Below, in pieces: positions 8,681 to 16,976 of a stretch of 64,000 bases of DNA. Both the position numbers and the translations under genes were made by a program. The notes beneath the pieces are model-generated. The model was given only the letters and a program-made list of their open reading frames with translations. It made no database searches and was not told the origin of the DNA. Position 1 is the first letter of the stretch. Every line of letters starts with the position of its first letter. This stretch comes from Gemmatimonadota bacterium (GTDB lineage Bacteria; Gemmatimonadota; Gemmatimonadetes; Gemmatimonadales; GWC2-71-9). The DNA is taken from the NCBI GenBank assembly GCA_036679605.1, contig JAZDCZ010000289.1:1-64000 (forward strand). The letters are read 5' to 3'.

Positions 8681-11035
8681 TCAAGGCTTGGGTGAGAGTT
8701 TTGCGAGCGCCTCTCTAGCAGGCACATAATCGGGATCCAGCTTCAGCGCCGCCTCGTACGCCGTTCTCGCCTCGTCTATCTTGCCCTGTAGCTCGTAGAC
8801 CATCCCCAGCCGCCAATGGGCAGCAACATACGACGGTGCGCCCGGCTGTTGCTCGTGTTCCAGATATCTGAGGAACGAGCGGATTGCCAAGTCCAGATCC
8901 GTTTCTGCAAACAAAGCCATCCGGCCAACCTGATACAGTGCTGCCATGTTGTCGGGGTCCAGCTCGGTGATTCGTCTAAAGGTCGCGAGCGCTCGGAGCA
9001 GCGTCTCCTCGGTGCTGTCAGCTCCGATAGCGTCGATTGCCAACGTGAAGGCCAAGTTGTGGTGCTCGGTGCTCGTGAGCAGCGAGTCCGCTGCGTCGAC
9101 TGCGTCGGCAGCGAGCTCTGCGCGGAGGGCGGGATCTGCCTCACTCCAGGCAGCCTCGAACAGAGCGCCCAAGCAGTCCTCCATTGACTCCGTCGAGGGA
9201 TATGCACGGATCTCATGCAGGATGCGGCTCAACGCCTCACGCCGAAGCGGTTTCGGGCTCGTCGCGGAGCACAACGTAGCGATGATCATCTCGCCAAGGG
9301 CCGGCGCGATCGCAGTCAAAGGGCCGCTCAGCTCATCCATGAGTCCGCTGGCGTTCGCCCAGTCTCCATTGATGAGATACAGACTGAACGCGGCACCGCC
9401 GTAAACCCATACAAACGGATCAATGAGGCGAGGGTTGGCGAACAGACCTGCGGTCCGTAGAGAATCGGAAAGCTGTAGCGCCTCAGGGTGGCGGCCTGCC
9501 TCGGCAAGCAGGACCATGCGGCGTGCAGTCAGATTCTCCAACTCGGTTTCGACGCCGAGAGAATCGGCAATCTCGAGTTCAGCGAGAGCCCTGTCATAGA
9601 ACTCTTCCAGCTCCAGCACCCACGCCGCCCACATGTGCGCCTCCGCTACCGAGGGAGTAGCAACCAGCCATCGCTCCACCCACGTCCTCGCCACCGTCAG
9701 AGCGTTCGCACGTTCCTCGTTATATCTCCCCGCGAGATAGTCCTCGAAATCAAGTGGTATTAGCTCCAGCGTATCCCTCAACACGGGTGTGTAGGGGGTG
9801 ATGTTCATCACCATGGACAACCAGTGCGCGGGCAGCGAAGCGCTTTCACTACGCGCTGTTGGGACCACACCCAGGATCCATCCGGCCGCGGTGAGATAGC
9901 TGTGCACGAGGATCCCATAGCCCCCCGATCGCAACGGGTCGAGGAGCACTGCCCTTTTTGCGAGGTTGTTGGCTCTGTTCAGCGACCCACGAACCATCAG
10001 CTTACCGTTCACCGGCACGAGAACACCGTCCAGGCTCTCGAGCCAGGCCAGCGCGATGAGCACGTCCACATCCGTGGAGTCGCGTGCGAGCAGGACATCG
10101 AGCTGTTCCCTCGCCGCAGCAAACTGCCCGTGAAAGAACGCGTCCATAGCACGCAGAAACTGTCGTTCGCGCGACGGCAGGCGATCGGACAGCGCGACAG
10201 CACGGGTGAGATGGCCGTACGCAGGATGGGCGGCGTCCGAGAAAGCGTCCATGCTGGAGAACAGCAACCACGACTCGGCCAGCTTCAGGTAGGGGAGCGC
10301 GAAGGTGCTGTCGAGCCCTATCGCTTCCTCGAAGGCCTCTCGCGCCCGCCGCATCTCATAGCGATGGTAGTGCCGCAGACCTCGCATGTACGCTCTCAGT
10401 GCGCCGATGGACGCGGTCGTGACGGACGACAAGTCCACTGCGGACGCATCGACGCCCACCGTCTTGAGCAGCGCTGTGGCAATCCGCTTGTAGACGTCCT
10501 GAATCTCGTCTTCTGATTCGGTCTGCTCTTGCACCCTCACGACAACCCGACCAGTGACGACGTCGAGCGCCCGCGCGCTAATCTGGATGCGATCGCCGAT
10601 TCTCAGTACCTCGCCCGTCACTGCGGTCCATCCACCGGTCTCCTCGGCGACGCGACGAACTTGCGCCTCGTCCATCACGTCGCCAGGCGTGAGACCGTGG
10701 CGTCTCAACGCGGGATAGAGCCGCCCATCGGGTACGGTCGAGATCTCTTGCCACTGACTCAGCGCGTTCCCCAACATCAGCGACGACTCCCCCAGCCAGT
10801 CGTCCTCGGCGATCCCTCTTACGTTGCGGAAAGGCAGCACCAGGAAACTTCGCGCGCGAACGTCTTGGGCCGGGGGCTCGTCACGAGCTACGACGGCCGG
10901 CCGTCTTACGGCCACATCGCATGGCGGAGGCGTGCCGTCGGCGCACTGCGCACGCAGATGAAGCGGAAACACGGCTGCCAGCAGCGTCGTGGCAAGCGTG
11001 ACTTGAAGGGGCCGATGATAGTAGCGTATGGTCAT
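8681..11035 (-). CDS. Secreted TolB-N/CsgG-like plus TPR repeat protein, no kinase domain
   Basis: Signal peptide followed by QCADGTPPPC, LVLPFRN motif, and multiple TPRs (A..LDS.FA, ALKLDP). Confidence 0.85.
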   Translation of the reverse strand: MTIRYYHRPLQVTLATTLLAAVFPLHLRAQCADGTPPPCDVAVRRPAVVARDEPPAQDVRARSFLVLPFRNVRGIAEDDWLGESSLMLGNALSQWQEISTVPDGRLYPALRRHGLTPGDVMDEAQVRRVAEETGGWTAVTGEVLRIGDRIQISARALDVVTGRVVVRVQEQTESEDEIQDVYKRIATALLKTVGVDASAVDLSSVTTASIGALRAYMRGLRHYHRYEMRRAREAFEEAIGLDSTFALPYLKLAESWLLFSSMDAFSDAAHPAYGHLTRAVALSDRLPSRERQFLRAMDAFFHGQFAAAREQLDVLLARDSTDVDVLIALAWLESLDGVLVPVNGKLMVRGSLNRANNLAKRAVLLDPLRSGGYGILVHSYLTAAGWILGVVPTARSESASLPAHWLSMVMNITPYTPVLRDTLELIPLDFEDYLAGRYNEERANALTVARTWVERWLVATPSVAEAHMWAAWVLELEEFYDRALAELEIADSLGVETELENLTARRMVLLAEAGRHPEALQLSDSLRTAGLFANPRLIDPFVWVYGGAAFSLYLINGDWANASGLMDELSGPLTAIAPALGEMIIATLCSATSPKPLRREALSRILHEIRAYPSTESMEDCLGALFEAAWSEADPALRAELAADAVDAADSLLTSTEHHNLAFTLAIDAIGADSTEETLLRALATFRRITELDPDNMAALYQVGRMALFAETDLDLAIRSFLRYLEHEQQPGAPSYVAAHWRLGMVYELQGKIDEARTAYEAALKLDPDYVPAREALAKLSPKP

Positions 11036-11153
11036 CGTATCAGCACCAGGCTCTCGCTCAATAACAAAGCGGTCCGGGAGGGCGGTCGAGAGCCGGCGTT
11101 AATCTCGGTCATGAGGGATAAGATGCAGCGCCGAAGCTCAGCTGGCCAGCGAT
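11036..11153 (-). pseudogene. 5'-end remnant and promoter of a kinase gene, directly upstream of the TPR gene
   Basis: 11102-11153 vs 1210-1262 match at 46/53; 11068-11093 vs 1175-1200 match at 23/26. Reads MTEI/LSTAL.DRFVIERE.GA..M with a 1-nt frameshift. Confidence 0.88.
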
Positions 11154-11351
11154 GGCTCGATGTCCTGGTTCTCGACACCTCAGAGTTCTCGGCCTCATCA
11201 GTTTTCCCAAGGTTCTCAACTGGCAGTGTCCACCCTTGATTCGTATCGTTGAGGTCGAAGCACTAAGGTCCTTGCATGAACTATCCAACAATGTCTCTCG
11301 TGATGCTCCTGGGTGGAGGATGAGTCACTTCGCAAGCGAAACGAGTCCGCA

Positions 11352-12176
11352 ATGAGCAGTTCACTGCCTAGTTCATGGGGCGAACTGGACATCGCGCGAC
11401 ACAAGAGCGAGTTCTACCGCATGTGGCACACGGGGTATCGGGCCGGTTTGTCGCACCCCAAAGTGCTGGCCACGGTAGGAGACTTTCGTCGTTCTCCCCA
11501 GGTGCAGCGGCAGCGAAAAATTTTCTTGGACGGGACGGGACGTGGGGAATCTCTCACGGAGATCATACGAGCCCAACCGGAGTTGTTTTTCCCGTTCGAA
11601 GCCGCGCTCCTCGAACTCGGTGAAGAATCAGGTCAACTCGAGGAAATGCTTGCCATGCTCGGGACGTACTTCGCTGCGGAGCACCGGATGGTGCTGGTGA
11701 TGAAGCAGAAGATGTCCTACCCCATGTTTACGACGTTGGCCGCTATTTTCATCGCGCCGTTCCCGATCCTGTTCTTCGGTAACGCGGCCGCTTACTTGAT
11801 GATCGTGGTGCCGTCTGTTGTTGCATTGCTTCTCTTTGGTGGTGGGCTGCTGTTGGCAGTTGCGCGGTGGTACCGTGGACGCCCGCAGTTTGTGGTCGCG
11901 CGGTTGTGTCGTGCGTTGGCTCTGAGTGTCGAGGCTGGGCTTCCCTTGGGTCGAGTCATAGACCTAGGCGTCAAGTCGGCCGCGAATGTCGAACTCACGA
12001 ATCACGTCGCTCGCGTTCCGGTTCGAGAGCGAGGCAACCAACCTTTGGCTCAGACGTTCGGAGGGTCGGCGATCATTCCTCGGGAGGTCATCGCGGCAAT
12101 GGAAGTGGCGGACACGACGGGCGATTACCGGAATACCCTGAGGAAGTTGGCGGAAATGTATGACCGGGAGCCTTGA
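11352..12176 (+). CDS. Type II secretion system F / PilC family inner-membrane protein
   Basis: GEESGQLEEML, MSYP, AGLPL and second T2SSF-like half ending TG.Y..TLRKLAEMY; no partner pilus genes nearby. Confidence 0.85.
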   Translation: MSSSLPSSWGELDIARHKSEFYRMWHTGYRAGLSHPKVLATVGDFRRSPQVQRQRKIFLDGTGRGESLTEIIRAQPELFFPFEAALLELGEESGQLEEMLAMLGTYFAAEHRMVLVMKQKMSYPMFTTLAAIFIAPFPILFFGNAAAYLMIVVPSVVALLLFGGGLLLAVARWYRGRPQFVVARLCRALALSVEAGLPLGRVIDLGVKSAANVELTNHVARVPVRERGNQPLAQTFGGSAIIPREVIAAMEVADTTGDYRNTLRKLAEMYDREP

Positions 12177-12190
12177 GTACTGATTCCGTC

Positions 12191-12234
12191 GGGCAGCCAG
12201 GAACCAATCGCTGCCCAGACCCACCAACGGTGGG
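12191..12234. terminator. Two hairpins between convergent genes
   Basis: GGGCAGC..GCTGCCC and CCCACC..GGTGGG inverted repeats; no U-tract. Confidence 0.4.
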
Positions 12235-12241
12235 GAGGTGG

Positions 12242-14632
12242 TCACGGCACGCTGCCCCGGCCGCCGGGAATGCTCCCGTCCAGGTTCAGTCCCCAGCTTC
12301 GGTTCACCTCAAGCAGGAGCCGATCGTACCGCGGATCCTCGCGAAGCGGTCCGAGTACCTCTGGAAAGAGGTAGCGGGCAGCGAGGGTGGGCCAGGCTTC
12401 CCAGCGATCGACCTCTTGGAACGCTTCGAAGGCCATCTCCTCCTCTCCGAGCGCCGCATGTACCACGCCCACCTCAAACGGCTCGTCGAACTCCCGGAGC
12501 CGATCCAGCATTTCGCGGGCACGGGCGGTGTCCCCTGTGGCCACATGGGCAAGCGCCAGTGTGGCAAACGGCCCCGAGCCGGCCCACGGAACCGTAAGGT
12601 CTTGCAGAATCGATTTTGCTTCCGCCATCCGTCCCAGATGGTACAGGGCCACCGCCTCGTACAAATGTGTTGTAGCGAAATCGGGTTGAATTTCTCGCGC
12701 CCGCCGTGCTTCCTCGACCGCTCGCTCTCCGTCGCCGTGGATCAGGTAGGCCATCGACAGGCCGCTCAGGTTCTCCGGTGAGAGGGGGTCCAGCTCGACC
12801 CCACGCTTCGCCATCTCGAGAACCTCATTCGGATGACCGACTAGACTGTGTACCCATCTCAGCCAGCTGTACGCGTCGGCGTAGCTCGCCCTGAGATCCA
12901 CGGCCAGCTCCAGTTCACGGATCGCATCCGAGCCCTCGCGGTTCCTGTAATGGAGCATTCCGAGCGCGGCGTGGGCTTCCGCCAAATCCGGGTCCAGGGC
13001 CAGGGCTCGGCCGACGGCGTCACCGGCTCGGGGAAGTAGGCTTCCGGGCTCCGCGTACCCGTAGTCCTCGAGTAACCAGAGGGCGTCCGCCAAACCCGCC
13101 CAGGCAAGGGCGTAACTCGAGTCTCGAGCAATCGCCTGCCGAAAGTACTCCAATGCACGCCGCATCCCGTCTTCGGTCCGCTGATCCAGCAGCCCACGGC
13201 CCTGCACGTAAAGGCGATAGGCATCCAGGTTCTGTGTCGGCATCCGCTCGACCTGCTGCTCCTCCTCCGGGCTGAGCTGCATCTCCAGGGACAGCGCGAT
13301 CTGCTTCGTGACCTCGCTCTGAATCTGGAAGAGATTCTCGGCCGTCAGCTCCCGCCGGTAGCTCTTCGCCCACACCTGCCGGTCCGTCCGGGCGTTCACC
13401 AGCCGGGCACTCACCTGTACCTCATTGCCTGTCTCCTGGACTTCTCCACGGAGCACCCAGGTCACCCCCAATTCCCGGGCGATCGTCGGAAGCGTCTTCA
13501 CGGAAGTGCGGTAACGCATCACGGAGGTCCGGGAGGTGACACTGAGATCGGAGACGCTGGACAGCCGGGTCAGCACGTCTGCGTGGACCCCGTCGGTGAA
13601 AGTGGTGGCCTTCTCTTGCCCCAGGGTCTCGAATGGAAGGACTGCTATGGAGAGGCCGTTGATCTCGGTCCCGCCGCCGGCCCCCGTCAGGTACCAGCCG
13701 CCGGCCACCGCCGCCAGTAAGCCGAGGCCCACTCCGAACCCGATAACCAGCCGCTGCCATGGGACCGGCCGACGTGTGCCGGGCGCCGGCGACACTGCCG
13801 TGTGCGTCGTCAACGCCTTTGCAAACGCGCTCGGCGTGGGGAAGCGATCCTCGGGACTCTTCGCCAACGCCTTCTGCACCGCCCGCTCGACACACACGGG
13901 GATCTTCGGATCGCGGGTCCGGAGTGCCGGCACTGTGCCCGCGGCATGCTTCGCCAATAGCGCGTGCAGAGTATTCCCTTCGAAGGGAGTACGGCCGCCC
14001 ACCATTTCGTAGACCACACAGCCCAGGGCGTACACGTCGCTCCGAGCGTCCACTTCGGCCAGCCCCATGGCCTGCTCCGGACTCATGTATGCCGGAGTGC
14101 CGATTGCCAGTCCCGTACCGGTCAATCGCTCCCCACCGGCAGCTTGAACCGCGCGCGCGATCCCAAAATCCGCCACTATGGCTTGGTCTCCCGCGAGCAG
14201 GATGTTCTCTGGTTTGATGTCGCGATGGACAACACCTTGCTTGTGGGCGTAGCTGAGGGCCGAGGCGACCTGGTCGGTCAGACGGATACCGTCTTCCACC
14301 GACAGCCTCCCCTCGCGATCCAGCCGATCACGGAGCGACTCGCCTTCGATGTAGGGCATGACGTAGTAGAGGAAACCGTCGGCCTCGCCCGAGTCGTGGA
14401 GCGGCAGGATATGAGGGTGGGTGAGGTTCGCGGCAATCTCGATCTCGCGAACAAAACGCTCCGCGCCGAGCGCGGCGGCTAGTTCGGGGCGCAGTACCTT
14501 GATGGCGACTTTGCGGTGGTGCTTCAGATCCTCGGCCAGGTAGACCGTAGCCATCCCGCCGGCCCCGAGTTCGCAGTCAATGGCGTACCGATCGGCGAGG
14601 GCGGCCTTCAAGCTATCGAGTTGGTGCTCCAT
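12242..14632 (-). CDS. Ser/Thr kinase with TM helix, TolB-like domain and TPR repeats
   Basis: GAGGMA, HRDIKPEN, DFG; SIAVLPF, SRTSVM.Y, TPRs. Confidence 0.95.
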   Translation of the reverse strand: MEHQLDSLKAALADRYAIDCELGAGGMATVYLAEDLKHHRKVAIKVLRPELAAALGAERFVREIEIAANLTHPHILPLHDSGEADGFLYYVMPYIEGESLRDRLDREGRLSVEDGIRLTDQVASALSYAHKQGVVHRDIKPENILLAGDQAIVADFGIARAVQAAGGERLTGTGLAIGTPAYMSPEQAMGLAEVDARSDVYALGCVVYEMVGGRTPFEGNTLHALLAKHAAGTVPALRTRDPKIPVCVERAVQKALAKSPEDRFPTPSAFAKALTTHTAVSPAPGTRRPVPWQRLVIGFGVGLGLLAAVAGGWYLTGAGGGTEINGLSIAVLPFETLGQEKATTFTDGVHADVLTRLSSVSDLSVTSRTSVMRYRTSVKTLPTIARELGVTWVLRGEVQETGNEVQVSARLVNARTDRQVWAKSYRRELTAENLFQIQSEVTKQIALSLEMQLSPEEEQQVERMPTQNLDAYRLYVQGRGLLDQRTEDGMRRALEYFRQAIARDSSYALAWAGLADALWLLEDYGYAEPGSLLPRAGDAVGRALALDPDLAEAHAALGMLHYRNREGSDAIRELELAVDLRASYADAYSWLRWVHSLVGHPNEVLEMAKRGVELDPLSPENLSGLSMAYLIHGDGERAVEEARRAREIQPDFATTHLYEAVALYHLGRMAEAKSILQDLTVPWAGSGPFATLALAHVATGDTARAREMLDRLREFDEPFEVGVVHAALGEEEMAFEAFQEVDRWEAWPTLAARYLFPEVLGPLREDPRYDRLLLEVNRSWGLNLDGSIPGGRGSVP

Positions 14633-14774
14633 ACGGAGGGAAAGATGTGCCTAGCAAGACGATTCCGCTAACTACCTCACCGGAGACGGGCTCGTTGGCT
14701 CCGCGGTTTCCCGTCATTGGTCACCATATTTCCAGTACGTCAGCTGCGGGAGAATCGTCTAGGCGACACCCAGC

Positions 14775-14813
14775 TTCAAGCAAAATTCACGAAATCTTCA
14801 CGACAATTTTACT
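14775..14813 (+). promoter_or_regulatory. Four direct repeats at 11-bp pitch, candidate OmpR/PhoB-family regulator site
   Basis: TTCAAG (14775), TTCACG (14786), TTCACG (14797), TTTACT (14808), upstream of the cytochrome c gene. Confidence 0.5.
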
Positions 14814-14951
14814 TGGTTGACGGTTGCCCACAGGAGGAGGTGTGCCGTCCGCGTCCTCGCTTACTCGTTGTGCCCACTACCGTCAGAGCCACCACGGACG
14901 ATCGACCGTTGTCGTCTCCGAGCAAAGACTAGCCAGATCCGCGGAGGAATC

Positions 14952-16121
14952 ATGAGAGAACGAAAAATGTTCTTCGGACTCGCAGCCACCGGAGCCCTTG
15001 GGGCTTTCCTGTTGCTGCGTGCGCCAGATCCCCAACTTCCCGGGCGGGCTACAAGCCAACAGAGCCAGATCGAGAGAGGGGAATACCTGGTTGCATTGGC
15101 AGACTGCAACGGCTGCCACACGCCTTTCCTCTTTACGGAGGAAGGGCCGGTGCCTGACACGGCCAGACGGTTGTCCGGGTACCCTGCCGATACAGAGCTT
15201 CCCGACTTGCCTGAGGGCTTGTTCAGTCCGGATCGGTGGGGTGGCGCGTGGACGAGTCACGGTACAGCGTTCGCTGGGGAATGGGGTGTGGGCTTCCCTC
15301 GCAACCTGACTCCCGACGTCGAGACCGGTCTCGGCAGTTGGACGGAGGACATTTTCATCAAGGCTCTGCGCACGGGGAAAGACAGAGGTGAGGGACGGGA
15401 CATCCTAGCGTGCATGCCGTGGCAGGCCATCTCGGAGATCGCTGACGAGGATCTCAAGGCGATCTTCGCATATCTCGGATCAATCAAGGCGATAGACAAC
15501 TCAGTACCTGACCCAATCTCACCAACAGGGGAAAGACTCAAGACGCTACGCGGGCCTCAGACGGTGCAACAAAGTTCAACAGCCCCACAGCACGAGGAAA
15601 GTGCCCCAGGCAAACGCACCCAAGTTGAGCGAGGCGAGTACCTCGTCACGGTGGGGGATTGCGATGCCTGCCACACACCTCTGATCTACACGGCGGAGGG
15701 GCCGGAGTTTGATATGACGAGACGGCTGTCTGGCTTTCCTGAAGATCAAGAGCTTCTCGAGGTGCCGGACGGCGTTCTCGGTCCGGACAAGTGGATGGCT
15801 ATATGGTCAAGCCCAGGCACCGCGTTTGCTGGGATATGGGGAGTGAGTTTCCCACGTAACCTGACTCCCGACCTAGAAACTGGGCTCGGTAGTTGGACCG
15901 AAGACGTATTCATCAAAGCTTTGCGCACCGGAAAGGACATGGGTGAAGGACGGGACATCTTGCCCCCCATGCCGTGGGCTGGATTCGCCCAGCTCACCGA
16001 CGAGGATCTCAAGGCGATTTTTGCCTATTTGGGAACCCTAGAGCCTGTAGACAATCTGGTACCCGATCCAATCTCACCAACAGGGGAAAGACTCGAGACG
16101 CTGCGGGGAAAGCGAGAATGA
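14952..16121 (+). CDS. Diheme cytochrome c made of two duplicated monoheme domains
   Basis: ERG.YL...CNGCHTP and CDACHTP, NLTPD.ETGLG.W and MPW in each half; SD GGAGG before 14952. Confidence 0.9.
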   Translation: MRERKMFFGLAATGALGAFLLLRAPDPQLPGRATSQQSQIERGEYLVALADCNGCHTPFLFTEEGPVPDTARRLSGYPADTELPDLPEGLFSPDRWGGAWTSHGTAFAGEWGVGFPRNLTPDVETGLGSWTEDIFIKALRTGKDRGEGRDILACMPWQAISEIADEDLKAIFAYLGSIKAIDNSVPDPISPTGERLKTLRGPQTVQQSSTAPQHEESAPGKRTQVERGEYLVTVGDCDACHTPLIYTAEGPEFDMTRRLSGFPEDQELLEVPDGVLGPDKWMAIWSSPGTAFAGIWGVSFPRNLTPDLETGLGSWTEDVFIKALRTGKDMGEGRDILPPMPWAGFAQLTDEDLKAIFAYLGTLEPVDNLVPDPISPTGERLETLRGKRE

Positions 16122-16137
16122 GACAAATCGGCAACTC

Positions 16138-16959
16138 ATGAAACGTTTGGGCTGTTCACACATACTTGCCGGCGTTTGTCTTGCCGTTGCTGTCACTGCC
16201 CGCGGAGACGACGACCTTCTGGCGCAGTCACTGTACCAACAAGTGGAAGTGCAGAATGGCGGAACCATTCGTGGGATCGTTCACTTGAGCGGTGAGGCAC
16301 CACCGGTTCAAGATTTTGAAGTCACCAAGAATGAGGACCATTGCGGAATTACAAAACGCTCTCCTCGACTAAGTATGAGCGGCGGCGGAGTCCGAAACGC
16401 GGTCGTCTTCATTGAAGAGATCACTGCGGGAAAAGCGATCACCACCGCGACCGCGGTTCTCAATCAAGAGGACTGCGAATACGATCCGCATGTGCTGATC
16501 CACCAGCTGGGGGAACCATTGGTGATAGTGAACACTGATCCTATTCTGCATAACGTGCACGCGTATCGGATGCGCGCTACCAGGCCGCGGTCGATAGTCA
16601 ACATCGCGCAGCCGCGGCAGGGGCAGCGGATCACCATCAGTGCAAGACGGTTCAGGACTCCGGGCTTGGTGATGGCAATCTGCGACGCTGGCCATCCGTG
16701 GATGAGTGCGCACATAATGGTCGCCGAGCATCCGTACTACGCGTTGACTGACGAGAGCGGAGGGTTCACGCTGAACAATGTGCCAGCGGGTAATTACCGC
16801 TTACGCATGTGGCATGAAGGAGTCGCTTTGATCGAAACGGCGTTCGAGGATGGAAAACCCAAGAGGTATTACTTCGAGGAACCGTACGAAATGACGCAGG
16901 AGGTGATCGTACCGCCGAACGGAGATGTGAAGGTCGATTTTGAGCTAACGCTTCGTTGA
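16138..16959 (+). CDS. Secreted cupredoxin-like / carboxypeptidase-regulatory-like domain protein
   Basis: Signal peptide; C.Y.PH, HNVH, CDAGHPWM (His/Cys/His/Met), VPAG.Y....WHE. Confidence 0.8.
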   Translation: MKRLGCSHILAGVCLAVAVTARGDDDLLAQSLYQQVEVQNGGTIRGIVHLSGEAPPVQDFEVTKNEDHCGITKRSPRLSMSGGGVRNAVVFIEEITAGKAITTATAVLNQEDCEYDPHVLIHQLGEPLVIVNTDPILHNVHAYRMRATRPRSIVNIAQPRQGQRITISARRFRTPGLVMAICDAGHPWMSAHIMVAEHPYYALTDESGGFTLNNVPAGNYRLRMWHEGVALIETAFEDGKPKRYYFEEPYEMTQEVIVPPNGDVKVDFELTLR

Positions 16960-16976
16960 AGAAAACAAGAGTTTTC

